Part shown: in pieces, positions 25,004 to 37,481 of the stretch
Position numbering within the stretch: position 1 is the first letter of the stretch
Layout: every line of letters starts with the position of its first letter
Notes under the pieces: model-generated
Database searches by the model: none
Told to the model about the DNA's origin: nothing
The model's input: the letters and a program-made list of their open reading frames with translations, nothing else
DNA from: Octopus vulgaris
Taxonomy: Eukaryota
NCBI GenBank assembly: GCA_951406725.2
Contig: OX597818.1
Location: 119,908,001-119,972,000 of the forward strand
Direction: 5' to 3'
DNA length: 64,000 nt
Position numbers and translations under genes: made by a program

Positions 25004-26109
25004 TTTTCTTTTTGCAAGCTATCCAGTTTCGAAGCCGGTAAAAGGTGTGAGACGGGCGTGTGATCCCTTCTGTGGATGGACCTGTAACCACAATTAGATG
25101 AAGACAGGGGCACAAAAGCAGATGCTGGAGAAGTGGTGGTCGATGCTGTCTCAGTATTATTTAATCTCATTGTATTAAGCAGATGGTCGGGGACATCGCT
25201 GGAAACCTGACAGGGCAACAAGCTGATGTTTAAACCTCCCTGGGGAATTTTGGCACCATTTCCGACAAGGCTGTTGCTCTGGTTGACATTCTTGCTGACA
25301 TTCAATCCGAGTTCGGTTGTATTAGAAGCTTGCTCAGACTGGTCAAAGGAGATGAGAGGAATTGTTGGTCCTGGGTTAACAATTTCTGATTTGTTTGGAC
25401 TTGAAATGAGTTTTGGGAGCTTTGGGGTTGTGTCTGAAGAAATACTATTGTCATTGTTGCTAATACTACTATTATTATTATTGTTATTATTATTATTATT
25501 GGTGGTGGTGGTCTTGTTTGAGTTGGAACAAGGAATCAAAGTCGGCACCTCGGATATGGCGTCGTTGCAGAGATTCTGTCTGACAGCCGCTGTGTTACGT
25601 GCCACGCCCGAGGAAACCTTCCTAGAAATATCAGTCACTCCATCGATATCAACAGCTGAACCCGAACAGATGTTTATTTTTTCGTTCTCGACAGTTGCAA
25701 CATTATTATTATTATTATTATAACAAGGTGTAACGTTACTAGCCATAGAGCAAACGGTTGTAACAATACTACTACTCTGTCCTATGTCTATAGCTGTAGA
25801 ACAGCTGCGACTAATATGACAATTGTTATCTAAATTCTGTGAGTTCCAATGGATTATAGTGTTAAATTGGCGATCTGTCGAAGAATCTATGTCTTTGGGT
25901 TCTTTTTTCATTATTTTACAAGGTGTTAAGCCATCATTAACAGTTGCAGAATTAACCATAGCCCGTCCGTAGTTAATATTGGTCTCTTGATTCTCAATCA
26001 GTTTCTCTTCTCTTGAACTGCGATCATTTTCCGAAATATCCAACGGACATATCGAATTTTGTATGTTTGGAATTTCAGCGTTATTTGTTATTTCTAGATA
26101 TTTCTCCAT
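25004..26109 (-). CDS. TCFL5/SOHLH-like bHLH factor, first coding exon (low-complexity N/S/T-rich N-terminus)
   Basis: 1106-nt open frame from ATG 26109 (MEKYLEITNN...) to donor GTAAGA at 25003; poly-Asn tracts from (AAT)n; TAG acceptor just upstream. Confidence 0.8.
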
Positions 26110-26711
26110 GTCTCTACTTTCACCAGGCAAAAAACAAAAAGACACAAACAACAGCTGGGTTAGAAAACAAAACACTTTCACCTCTTAAAAGAGGTTAAAA
26201 TGAATGTTTAATAAACCCTCTCAACCAAAACAGTTGAATTTTGGTGATTTTATGGTCGCGTTCTCCAACTTCAAATAAAACTCACACTTTCTTTCTCTTC
26301 TTATTCTCATGTAACGTTTCCAAAGATATAATAATATTTAAAACAAGATCTCTTTCCAGTTTTGCAATGCCTCTTTTACTATTGGTAATATTTTTTTTCT
26401 TTCTTTCTCTCTTTAACGCGACAATAATAATAAAAAGATTTAGGCCTTGTAATTGCTTTAGTAAAAATCAAATGAGTTCCAAGAACCAAACAGGCGTTTA
26501 CCAAAATTATATATATATATATATATATATGTATATTTGCAACTGCGTGCGTCGTATGCTTTATGCTGAAACCTCCAGCCCCTTAATGTTTCGACATCAT
26601 CGTTCCAGAGCAGAAGGTGAAAGAGAGCAATAAGTCAATGGCAAGAAGAAGGAAGAAAAAAAAAATTTTTCAAGAACGAAGAGAACGCGCATCGCTGCGC
26701 GTTGTTTGTCG

Positions 26712-26760
26712 TTCAAACGGTGGCGCGTCGTGATGTCATTGATGACGTCATTGCCGGAAA
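26712..26760 (-). promoter_or_regulatory. Putative core promoter of the bHLH gene: CDE/CHR-like, CRE and ETS motifs
   Basis: Minus strand CGCGCC-ACCG-TTTGAA (26727-26712), palindromic TGACGTCA (26743-26750) and CCGGAA (26754-26759) in a local CpG-rich patch. Candidate 5' UTR donor GTAAAC at 26501. Confidence 0.55.
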
Positions 26761-26809
26761 CGGCCGATTTGGGGAGTTCAACCGTGTAACAAAATCCGTC
26801 GGCATATAC

Positions 26810-26873
<64 letters not shown>

Positions 26874-26875
26874 AC

Positions 26876-27115
26876 GTGGAGGGGCAATGGCCCAGTGGTT
26901 AGGGCAGCGGACTCGCGGTCGTAGGATCGCGGTTTCGATTCCCAGAGCGGGCGTTGTGAGCGAAAACACCTAAAGCTCCACGAGGCTCCGGCAGGGAGTG
27001 GTGGCAATCCCTGTTGTACTCTTTCGCCACAACTTTCTCTCACTCTTTCTTCTGTTGGCGTCATTTGAAGGCTAAAACAATGCGAAGCGCATTGTGACCA
27101 TCGATGTGTAACGGT
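26876..27115 (+). mobile_element. tRNA-derived SINE, family C
   Basis: Head TGGCCCAGTGGTTAGGGCAGCGGACTCGCGGTCG...GGTTTCGATTCC. Related copies at 34842 (+), 49003 (-) and 54647 (+), and a diverged relative at 27268-27566 (-). Confidence 0.85.
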
Positions 27116-28831
27116 GATTCACGGTGATATACATACACACACACACATATGTTTAATCCATTAGCATTCAGATACCTCTGTTAAATGTTATGCTTATTTA
27201 CTCACATAGTTTTCAATTAATCACGCATTATCTTCTTGCTTCAAGATTTCCATAATATGATTGTTTGGTTCCTTCTCAAGCCATCTCTGGCTCATAAGGG
27301 CCGGTTTCCCATTTTCCTTGACGTATAGGATTCCCCACCTGGACGGGGTGCCGGTCTGTCGCAGGTGAGCTGCAAGAAGCAGGAGGAAAGAGGGAGAGAA
27401 AGATGTGGCTAAAGAGTCAGCAGAAGTTCGCCAATACCTTCTGCCAGGGCCCCGTGGAGCTTAGGTGTTTCGCTCATAAATACACACATTGCCTGGTCTG
27501 AGATTCGAACCCACGATCCTTCGACCGCAAGTCCGCTGCTCTAACCACTAGGCCATGTGCCTCCACTCAATAATATGATTGCTAAACTTTATTCTTTGAA
27601 TAAAAACCAATCTCTTCAATGACAGAGTCGCCTATATGTCACTCAGTTTGCTAGAAATACCAGGTATATCCACTTGGAATTACATTTTGCCATCTTTAAA
27701 AAAGAAAGACATAACTAGAAAGTGTTGTCTGAGGTGTACTGTACCATAAAAATCTACCGGTATGATCATAGCTGGAATAACAAACCAAGCACTATTCATA
27801 CCAAGAAAACACCTGCTAAACATGAGAAGCACTCAACTAAAGCTCTCATGGTCACTCCAAATGTTAAGCATCACTATCAGCAATGTTCTCTCCTTGCATA
27901 TCCTTAAACATATCTATGAGCACATGCTTGGGGTATCACAGAAAGGGGCACCATAGAAATGGTAATTGGTTTACAGCACTAAAGAAATCATTTTAAACTT
28001 GCTAAGATAATATTCAGGATACCTTCTCTCTACTAAATATAGAAGCAGGTGTGTTATGTAAGATTAATTTTGAGGTCCTAATCAAAGCAATTTAAAAAAA
28101 CTAAGAGGAAACATTTCAAATATAAATAAAGGGGAAATGTACAAAAATAAACATTATTTTCTATCTTACTCTAAGTTTTGTTTCATTTTGAAAAATAAAT
28201 ATTTATTTTATGGTTTATTATTGTTTATATTTTGAATTACATACATATGAGAAGACCCATCAAGCCAAATGAAATTGTAGTCATGGCCAATTCTGGTGTC
28301 ACATAACTGGCACAATAAGAGCACCTTTCGAGCATTGGGCCTTACAGAGGCAAAGTGGCTGAGTTCCTTTTGAGAATTGGATCTCACGAAGGCAATGACC
28401 TAGGCCTTATGTCATGCTTGAGAAGATCCATCAAGCTGAGCAAAATCGTGGTCATGGAAGGTACTGGTGTCACGGAAATGGCACCCATTACACCCTCGGA
28501 GTGGTTAGCATTAGGAAGGGCATCCAGCCATAGAAAGCCATGCCAAATCAAACTGGAACCTGGTGCAGCTATCTGGCTCATCAGTTCCAGTCAAACTGTC
28601 TAACCCATGCCAGCATGGACAACAGATGTTAAATGATGATGATGATGGGAGCACCAAAATCTTTGAAGTGCTTAAGACTTCTATGGGTCTTAATTTTCCC
28701 CTTGGTAGTGTGTCCTATGATATTAAAACTCGTGCCCAGACAGTAGGCCTGTGACATGTCTTTGAGGCCAGCTCACCAGTTTTGTATACTCTATTCACAT
28801 AACCATAGCAGCAAGTCAGTATATAGAGGTT

Positions 28832-29180
28832 TTATTACCTCCGCCTTAGTGAAAGCAGAAGTATTGTTTTCAGTCGTATTTGTTTGTTTGTTTGTTTATC
28901 CGCAGACACGTTATCTCAAGAACTGCTGGATGGATTCAGATGAAACTTTCAGGGATGTTTGGCCTCGTGACTGGCACAAACTGATAAGATTTTTGGGATC
29001 AATCTGGTACCAGACTAGGATTCTTTATTATTCTCCCTGCATTTTTTAAACTTCATATTTGAGAGCGTTTGGGTTCAGTTTTAATATTCTCGTTTGTGAG
29101 AGCAGTCAAGTTTATTTCAGATATTCTCATTTAAAAAAAATCATCTCTGGCTAATCATTGAGAGGACGGCAGAGGTTTGT
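28832..29180 (+). mobile_element. Helentron-associated (HINE/DINE-like) non-autonomous element
   Basis: Starts TTATTACCTCCGCC, internal (GTTT)n tetranucleotide array, subterminal inverted GGCAGAGGT near 29169. Confidence 0.6.
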
Positions 29181-30022
29181 GCTCTTGTTCACTGTGATGT
29201 CAGCAAAATATAATTTTTGCTATATCATTCAGTAGTGCATCATTCTTTCCCTTAATTTAGCTAAATACACATCACTTGCCTACTTGAGTCATTTATCTTA
29301 GATCAGTTTGTATTTTTTAATCATGAAGATTATACTTGCCAAAAATTATTTTTAACTCTTTTTCAAAAGATAAAAACATGCCAAATGTTCAAAGCAACCA
29401 TGATTGAATAGACAAGGTTCTCTAAGAATGACACAAATCTTTTGATTGCAGAAAAAGAGTGGCTTTTCTTGCTAAGCATATTAATTCATTTCCAGAGATA
29501 TACAGGTAGACCTCAACTGAGGTCTTTTCAAGTAGATGAGTGCAACCGATAAGGAGCTTTAAAGAGGGATAAAGGTGGTGGCAACATCGTGTCAGGGTGG
29601 GCTCCAGAGACAGAAGAACAAGAAAGATGGGTGGGTTGAGATTGCAAGGGTGTATGGAGTGTGTGAGGGATGGTTAGAGATGGGGTAGGTGTACAAATAT
29701 ACTGAATGACAGACGAGTTGAAGTGAGAGGGGTCAATGATAAATACAAGTTGGATGAAATTTAGAGGGAGAGCAGAAGATTAAAGATTAGGAAAGGTTGT
29801 GGGGTGAATGTATTAATCATACAAATATAATAGACTGCTTCTTAGACTTTTCCAAATCTTCAGATAATGGTTTACATCGGCCAGAATCTTCAGTTTAGTC
29901 ATAGAAGTCAATAGGTCATCACCGGTTATTGCTTTGACAATGGCCTTACTTCTGTGTGAGGAAATAATTAATCAAAAGTTTTTTGGTGGGGAGGGGGAGG
30001 TCATATAACATTGTAATTAATC

Positions 30023-30550
30023 TTTTACTTGTTTCAGTCATCTGACAAGCCATGCTGGAGCACTGCCTTTAGTCAAGCACATTGACCCCAGGACTTATTC
30101 TTTCTAAGCCTAGTACTTATTCTATCGGTCTCTTTCGCCAAACCACTAAGTTACGGAGACGTAAATACACCAGCATTGGTTGTCAAGCAATGTTGGGGGG
30201 ACAAGCACAGACACACCAACATATACATACACACACATGCATATATATATATATATATACATACATACAACAGGCTTCTTTCAGTTTCCTTCAACCAGAT
30301 TCACTCACAAGGCTTTGGTCGGCCCGAGGCTATAGTAGAAGACATTTGCCCAAGGTACCATGCAGTGGGACTGAACCCGGAACCATGTAGTTCGTAAGCA
30401 AGCTACTTACCACACAGCCACTCCTATGCTCACAAGGCTGATTGGTCTGAGGCTATAATAGAAGACACTTGTGCAAGGTGCTAAACAGTGGAACTAAACC
30501 AGGAACCATTTGGTTGGGAAATAAATTTTTTACCACACAGGCATGCCTGT
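30023..30550 (-). mobile_element. Family A SINE with tandem partial duplicate of its 5' half
   Basis: Copy 30023-30425 followed by a second head segment 30428-30550. Confidence 0.85.
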
Positions 30551-31090
30551 GATATGATTGTTCCCAAAAATGTCTCAGAAACTAAAAAACTATAAAAAAA
30601 AAGGAAAAGAAAGGAAAGCTTCACCCTGGGTCCTCTATTAGATATTGCATGCTTTTAGGCACTAAAACCCATTTTTTCCCTCTGAATATGTATTGGTGGA
30701 CCTGGAATGTATGTAATATGCCCCTCTGTCTTTTATGACATTAAACATGGTATATACAATGTTTTGCTGTCTCTTAAAATTTAACTTATGACAACAGGAA
30801 ATGATGTATAATAAACAATAGCTAATAATCTATTTGTCATAACATGTGAGCGAATGTTACACTGTCAATAGGTAAATAACCTCATCGTGACCTCAATTGT
30901 TAGTATTTGCTGTAGTCAGAGGATCAAGAAGGTGGTGGATGGGGAGGAAACATGTGAAAGGGGGAAAGATGACAAAGGTTAGAGAGAGAATATGAAACGA
31001 GAAAGGAAAACTATTATGAAAAACAATGAGGTGCTAAACACTAGAATTTTCTAATTTTTATTTACTGGTCCTCAAAATATTTCTGTTTAA

Positions 31091-31311
31091 CCCTTTCGTT
31101 ACCAACCCGGCTGAAATTGGCTCTGGTTCTGAGTACAAATGTCTTGTTTTCATACGTTTTCAATTAAAATCTTCCACCAAACCTTAGTCACAATTTATAT
31201 TCCTAACACTAGCTTAATGATAACTAAGTTATTTTACTAAATTCTTTGTTATATTTATAATTAAAAGAAAGAAACACAGAGCATCTCAACAGAAATATGT
31301 TCACAAAAGGG
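31091..31311. mobile_element. TTAA-specific (piggyBac-type) MITE, family 1
   Basis: TTAA|CCCTTTCGTTAC...AAAGGG|TTAA. Deleted copy at 31343-31445 and another copy at 48643-48866. Confidence 0.85.
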
Positions 31312-31468
31312 TTAAAATATATAATAGAGAAACAATTCTTAACCCTTTCGATACCAGCCTGGCTGAAACCACCTGATTCTGTAGTACAAATGTCTTGTTT
31401 TCAAGAAACACAGAGCATCTCAAAATAAATACAGTAACGAAAGGGTTAAGTTTATATCTCCTTTTCTA

Positions 31469-32050
31469 TCATCATCGTTTAACGTCCACTTTCCATGCTA
31501 GCATGCGTTGGACGGTTCGACTGAGGACTGGTAAGCCAGGAGGTTGCACCAGGCCCCAATCTGATCTCGCAAAGTTTCTACAGCTGGATGCCCTTCCTAA
31601 TGCCAACCACTCAGAGTGTAGTGAGTGCTTTTTACATTCCACCAGCACTGGCATCAACCACGCACAAATGGTGTTTTTTACATGTCACCAGCATGGGAGC
31701 CAGTCAGGCAGCACTGGCAACAACCATGCTCAAATTGTGCTTTCTACATGCCACCAGAATTGATCACATTCAGACAGTGCTTTTTACATGCCAGTTGGAT
31801 GGCACTGGTATCATACACACTTGAATGCTGCTTTTACGTTCCACTGGCATGGGAGCCAGTCAAGCAGCAATGACAACAACCATGCTCAAATGGTGCTTTT
31901 TACGTGCCACCGGCATGGGAGCCAGTCAGGTGGCACTAGCAACGACCATGCTCGAATGGTGCTTTTTACATGCCAACAGCATGGGAGCCAGTTAGGCAGC
32001 ACTGGCAACAATCACGCTTGAATGGTGTTTTTTATGTGCCACCGGCACAT
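31469..32050 (-). mobile_element. Family D retroposon with internal ~59-bp tandem array
   Basis: About 7 units of GCATGGGAGCCAGTCAGGCAGCACTGGCAACAACCATGCTCAAATGGTGCTTTTTACGTGCCACC at 31640-32050. Confidence 0.82.
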
Positions 32051-33011
32051 ATAACTTCAATATATTGTCTAGTTCTTGAAGATGTGAGTACACAATATAA
32101 TTGCTTCTCAGATGTGCTTTGTACTTTTTTGCTTAGAACAGTGCTTCTGATTTCTTTTAATTGCTAAAAATTAAATTGCTGGAAATTTGTTGTCTTCAAG
32201 GTCTCGCTCGATCTCGATTTTCAGTATGAATACGGACCGCAAAAGCATGGCTCATCGATCCTTTCCGAAAGAAATAATTATTAGCCAGGCTCTAAGATGC
32301 ATCACAAATTTGACACACCTGTGCTTGTCCCTCTATCATACTTCAACCATTTAATACCTGGCAAAAACCAACTTCTCTCATTTACAACTATCCTGTGATG
32401 TCAAAACAGTAACACACATGTGACAAGCTTCTTTCAGTTTCCATCTACCAAAATCCACTCATGATACTTTGGTCAGCCTGGGATTGTAGTAGAAGGAACA
32501 AAAAGGATGAAAGGTCCTTCCTGAGCCATAGGTTCATAATGCTGGTTTCCAGAGCTTGTAGCGTATATATTCCGACACTGGATGGGACGCCAGTCCATCA
32601 AAAGATTATTCAGTTATGCCAGCTAAGTGGACTCAAGGAACATGAAATGAAGTGTTTTACTCAAGAACAACTAAGTACCGCAAAGTTCAGGAATTGAAAC
32701 CACAAACTCACAATCACATGTGCAACACCATAACCAGAAAGCTACATGTTTCCAGACATTTACCCAAAGGGCCATGCATGTGACTGAACCTGAAATCATG
32801 TGGTTTGGAAGCAAACTTCTTACCACATGGCCATGCCTGCACCAATTACCCACTTAGAAAATCTACTTATGTTCCCAAGCAAAATACATAAACATTGTTT
32901 GCTGCACTTTGTTTGAATTAATCGAAACAGTTTCATACCACTTCACAGCAGATTATGGCAGTAGAAAAAGAATCCAACTGAAAACCTGAATTACACATCA
33001 TCATCATTTAA

Positions 33012-33232
33012 CCCTTTAGTGTTTAAACTGGCCATATCCGGCCGAAGTTTTCTACCTATTTTATGTTTAAACTGACCAGATCAGGCCTCTCACACCTAAC
33101 CTACATTGACATTCTAAAAATGAACAATTACGTCATTGAAACCTCAAAGCTATAAAATAATGCATGAGTAATTAAAAACAATTTGAGTAAAAAAAATATT
33201 ACATTTAACAGAGTAAGCTGAACATTAAAGGG
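33012..33232. mobile_element. TTAA-specific MITE, family 2
   Basis: TTAA|CCCTTTAG...TAAAGGG|TTAA. Copies at 41680-41900, 55225-55445 (reverse), 59384-59602 and about 60933-61150. Confidence 0.85.
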
Positions 33233-34028
33233 TTAATGTTAGTTTTCTATATTGGCATAAGTTGGACGGTTTGATGGGAGTAAAGTGGTTGGCATTAGGA
33301 GGGGCATCCAGCTGTACAAACACTGCCAGATCAGACTGGAGCCTGGTGCAGCCTCCTGGTTTCCAAGACCCAGTCGAACCGCCCAACCGATGCTAGCATG
33401 GATAAACGATGATCATCATCATTTAATGTTGGTTTTCCATACTGGCATAAGTTGGACAGTTTGCTGGCAGAAACGTTAGCACGTCGGGCGAAATGCGTAG
33501 CCATATTTCGTCTGTCGTTACGTTCTGAGTTCAAATTCCGCCGAGGTCGACTTTGCCTTTCATCCTTTCGGGGTCGATAAATTAAGTACCAGTTACGCAC
33601 TGGGGTCGATGTAATCGACTTAATACCTATGTCTGTCCTTGTTTGTCCCCCTCTGTGTTTAGCCCCTTGTGGGTAATAAAGAAATAGGTTTGACGGGAGT
33701 AAAGTGGCTGGCATTAGGAAGAGTGACCATGTAAACGTTTCACTACGAAGTTATAAAAAAAAAAAAAGGGAAAACATATTTGATATCTTTTTAATTAACA
33801 AAAAAAAAATAAAAAATAAAAAAATAAAAACAACAAAGAATGATGATGATGCTGTTTTCCAGTGGGGGTTTTTATGTACATGTTATGTTGAAGATGTAGA
33901 CTTTGGAAACAGCAATAAAGCTCTTCCTGTGACTCTAGATATTGTTTTTTGTTTTGTTTTTTAAATTTTGTACAATATAAAATGATCTGATTAGCAAATG
34001 AGATGACCCGGGTTTGGTGGTCACTGGC

Positions 34029-34124
34029 TCAACTCTGGACTGTACACTGGCTGTTGACAAACTGGGTTAGTTCCATCACTTTACGCTTGTATGTGTTCAC
34101 ACTGGTCATTAACAAGTCGTGCAA
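34029..34124 (-). CDS. NUP160: Nucleoporin Nup160, terminal exon (LHDLLMTSVNTYKRKV...QS*)
   Basis: TTTCAG acceptor, 96 nt ending in TGA, in phase with the upstream exon. Confidence 0.75.
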   Translation of the reverse strand: MHDLLMTSVNTYKRKVMELTQFVNSQCTVQS

Positions 34125-34841
34125 CTGAAACGAGAGAAGCATTGGGTTAGAAGATGGCATTCAAGTGGAGAGATGAGAATGCGTGTATGAGAGAATGTAC
34201 CTGAGCATATATGTCTGTGTGTGTGTGTGTGTGTGTGTTTATTCATGAGAGAGAATCTGTTGCTTAGCTTTATATCAGTCCTGATAAAAAGTTTCAATTT
34301 GATTTGGCAAAGTTTCTAGGGCTGGATGCCCGCCCCCAAACGCCAACCACTCTGTGAGTGTAGAGGGTGCATTTTATGTGTCATGCTGGAGCACTGCCTT
34401 TTAGTCACAGAAATCGACTTATTCTTCCTAAGCCTAGCACTTACCCTATCAGTCTCTTTGTTGGACCGCTAAGTTATGGGGACATAAATACACCAACATT
34501 GGTTGTCAAGCGATGGTGGGGGAACAAATAGACACAATCACACACACATATACATATGACGGGATTCTTTCAGTTTCCGTCTACCAAATCCACTGACAAG
34601 GATTTGGTTGGCCTGAGGCACATGCTCAAGGTGCTATGCAGTGGGAACTGAACTCCGGACCATGTGGCTCAGAAGCAAGCTTCTTACCACACAGCCACAC
34701 CTGCACCTAATGAGTCATAATTTTTAATAGGTTGTTGTATACCAAGGAAAAAGTTATCCTGGCAGAGTCCACCACACTGTCTGGTAATGACACAGCTGTA
34801 ATTTGATGAAATGAAGAATTAAGAGAAGTAGAATGACCCAA

Positions 34842-35140
34842 GTGGAGGTGCAATGGCCCAGTGGTTAGGGCAGCAAACTCGCGGTCGGAGGATCATGGTT
34901 TCGCTTCCCAAACCGGGCGTTATGTGTGTTTATTGAGCAAAAACACCTAAAGCTTCACGAGGCTCTGGCAGGGGGTAGTGGTGACCCCTGTTGTACTCTT
35001 TCACCCCAACTTTCTCTCACTCTTTCTTCCTGTTTCTTGAGTAACGCTGCAATGGACTGGCAGTCCCGTCCAGCTGGGGGAAACACATATGCCACAGAAA
35101 CCAGGCTGGGCCCCTGAGCCTGGCTAGGCTTGAAAAGGGC
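34842..35140 (+). mobile_element. Family C SINE (tail variant 2)
   Basis: Family C head followed by GCAATGGACTGGCAGTCCCGTCCAGCTGGGGG...GGCTTGAAAAGGGC tail. Confidence 0.85.
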
Positions 35141-35404
35141 AAATAAATAAATAAGAATGACCCAAACAGAGAATAGAACCAGAAGCACAAACTCAAATTG
35201 TAAGGGTTTTATCACCATTCCAAGGTAGGTTGGTAACAGTGTGTATGTACGTGTATGCAGATGCATGTGCATGTGTGTGTGTATATGCACAAAGATAAAG
35301 AGGTAAACAGAGTTGGCAAAATAATTTAATGCATTTTCATTAAGGAAAAAAAAAAAAATTCAAAGATAATCAAAGAACCACAAGGATGAAAAATAAAATC
35401 CCAC

Positions 35405-35509
35405 CTCTTTATATCGGCTGTTGTGATTTTCTTCTTGGAGTGTCACAAAGATTTGGTCAATACTTGTTAATGGTATCCATAAAGAAAACGGTTTGTTTAT
35501 TATGTATCC
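35405..35509 (-). CDS. NUP160: Nucleoporin Nup160 exon (GYIINKPFSLWIPLTSIDQIFVTLQEE)
   Basis: AG/GT bounded, 105 nt; matches the Nup160 W.P..SIDQ motif. Confidence 0.88.
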
Positions 35510-37287
35510 CTGTGGAGAGAGTAAATTAAGCAGACAAATGAGTTTCATAGTTGATGATTTTAATGAACTGTATTTTAACATGTATAAGGAACCCTTTTTT
35601 GTCAAAAATTAGGTTAAAAAAATATGGGAGTTTCTTATACATGAATAGTATTATAATCCCTTACAAAACCTTTTCTCCAAATTTTAAACCCCCAAAATTA
35701 GGGGGTTCCTTATAAATGTTAAAATACGGTAATTTTTATATAATTAAGTGTAGGAATGGCTGTGTGGTGAAAAGCTTGCTTCCCAGCCACATGGTTCTGG
35801 GTTCAGTCTCACTGCGTGGCACCATGGCCAAGTGTCTTCTACTATAGCCTTGAGCTGAGTAAAGACTTGTGAGTGGATTTGGTAAACAGAAACTGAAAGA
35901 AGCCCATCTTATATATGTGTGTTTATCCCCTATCACCACTTGACAACCTGTGCTGATGTGTTTACATCCCTGTAACTTAGTGGTTCATCAAATGATAATG
36001 ATAGAATAAGGACCAGGCTTAAAAAAACCCCCAACAAACAACGTAGTGAGGTTGATTTGCTACAGTAAAATTTTTCAAGGCGGTGCTCCAGCATGGCCAC
36101 AGTCTGATAACTGGAACAAGTAAAGGATAAATTATCACTACCATGTTTATCTCTCTTTCAGCTACTCTCGCCATCTTCGTATAATGCAAGGTAACCCTGG
36201 GTCTCCTCTGTAGCAAGATGCTGGTCTTTGTCCCACATACTTTAGCTTCTCAACACCCAGCATAAAACCGTTTCCCCACCCCAAATAAACCATCTCTAGA
36301 TGAGGCAGCTTTTTCTTTTTCACTGGTGCTAGTGTTACTGTATCAGGACAATTTCCCCCGACAATAACTATCTCCTAGGACAATTACCCTCTCTCCAATT
36401 TATTAAGTTTAAAATCATAATCTGTTGTCCTCAGGAGTAATTTACCTATTTCTTTATTACCCACAAGGGGCTAAACATAGAGGGGACAAACAAAGACAGA
36501 CATAGGTATTAAGTCGATTACATCGACCCCAGTGCATAACTAGTACTTAATTTATTGACCCCGAAAGGATGAAAGGCAAAGTCGACCTCAGCGGAATTTG
36601 AACTTACAACGTAACGACAGACGAAATACAGCTACGCATTTCGCCCGGCATGCTAACGTTTCTGCCAGCTCACCACCACACCCATGGAGACATTTATTTT
36701 ACAATTAGTGTCTGATACCAAGGCAAATAGTCTCTCTCTGTCTTTCTCACACACACACAATGGGTTTCTTTTCAATTTCTGCCAACAAATTTTACTCACA
36801 AAACTTTTCTTGGCCTCGAGCTCCAGAGTTAAGGTCATGGTAGTGTCATGTGGGACTGAACCTGAAACCCTCTCTAAGCATTTCGTTAACAAAAGAAATC
36901 AGAACAGCTTCCGTTGCCAGTTAAATCGCAACACATTTTCACAATATCAGAACCAAGAGACATAGGGATTCAAATAAAGCTTTGTTTCTTTCATTTTATT
37001 TGCACGGCTGTGAGGTAAGAAGTTTGTTTCCCAACTACATGGTTCTGGGTTAAGTCCCACTGCACAGCACCTTGGATAAGAGTCTTCTACTATAGTTCTG
37101 GACTGACCAAAGCCTTACAAGTGGATTTGGTAGACAGAAACTGAAAGCAGCATGGTGTGTATGTGTGTGTGTATTACTGTCTCCTAGCCCTAACATCAAA
37201 TGATAGTAGTAAATGAGATTCACCATCATGCAAGCAGTGTTCTGCACAGTGCCAGCACCTATCAAATATAAAGAACAAACAACTTAC

Positions 37288-37425
37288 TTTAAGTCTGTAC
37301 AGGTGATTGTCTTGGCCCTGCAATGTTCCCAACACAGCATCCAAGTACTCTAGAGTAACAGCAACAGCTTCTTCTAATTTGTCAAAACTAATATATAAAC
37401 GTATTAATTCTGCAACATCTAGGGT
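37288..37425 (-). CDS. NUP160: Nucleoporin Nup160 exon (TLDVAELIRLYISFDKLEEAVAVTLEYLDAVLG)
   Basis: AG/GTAAGT bounded, 138 nt; strongly resembles Nup160 AELLRLY..LEEAV..EY.DAVLG. Confidence 0.92.
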
Positions 37426-37481
37426 CTGTGAAGAAAAACAACAAAAATGAAATTAGCATCTTACCACAATTTGGGATAAAG

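Noticed and set aside
25226-25723. 165-aa plus-strand ORF with a poly-Leu hydrophobic stretch
   Set aside because: Antisense shadow of the (AAT)n poly-Asn exon of the bHLH gene.
26873-26878. CACGTG E-box upstream of the bHLH gene (autoregulation?)
   Set aside because: Created by the junction of a microsatellite and a SINE head; a single hexamer is expected by chance.
26876-26955. tRNA-like sequence (also 459-535 and 58983-59050)
   Set aside because: A/B boxes are present but there is no proper acceptor stem, and each continues into a repeat body; these are SINE heads, not tRNA genes.
31640-32050. Regularly spaced repeats resembling a CRISPR array
   Set aside because: Whole units repeat with no unique spacers, the context is eukaryotic, and there are no cas genes.
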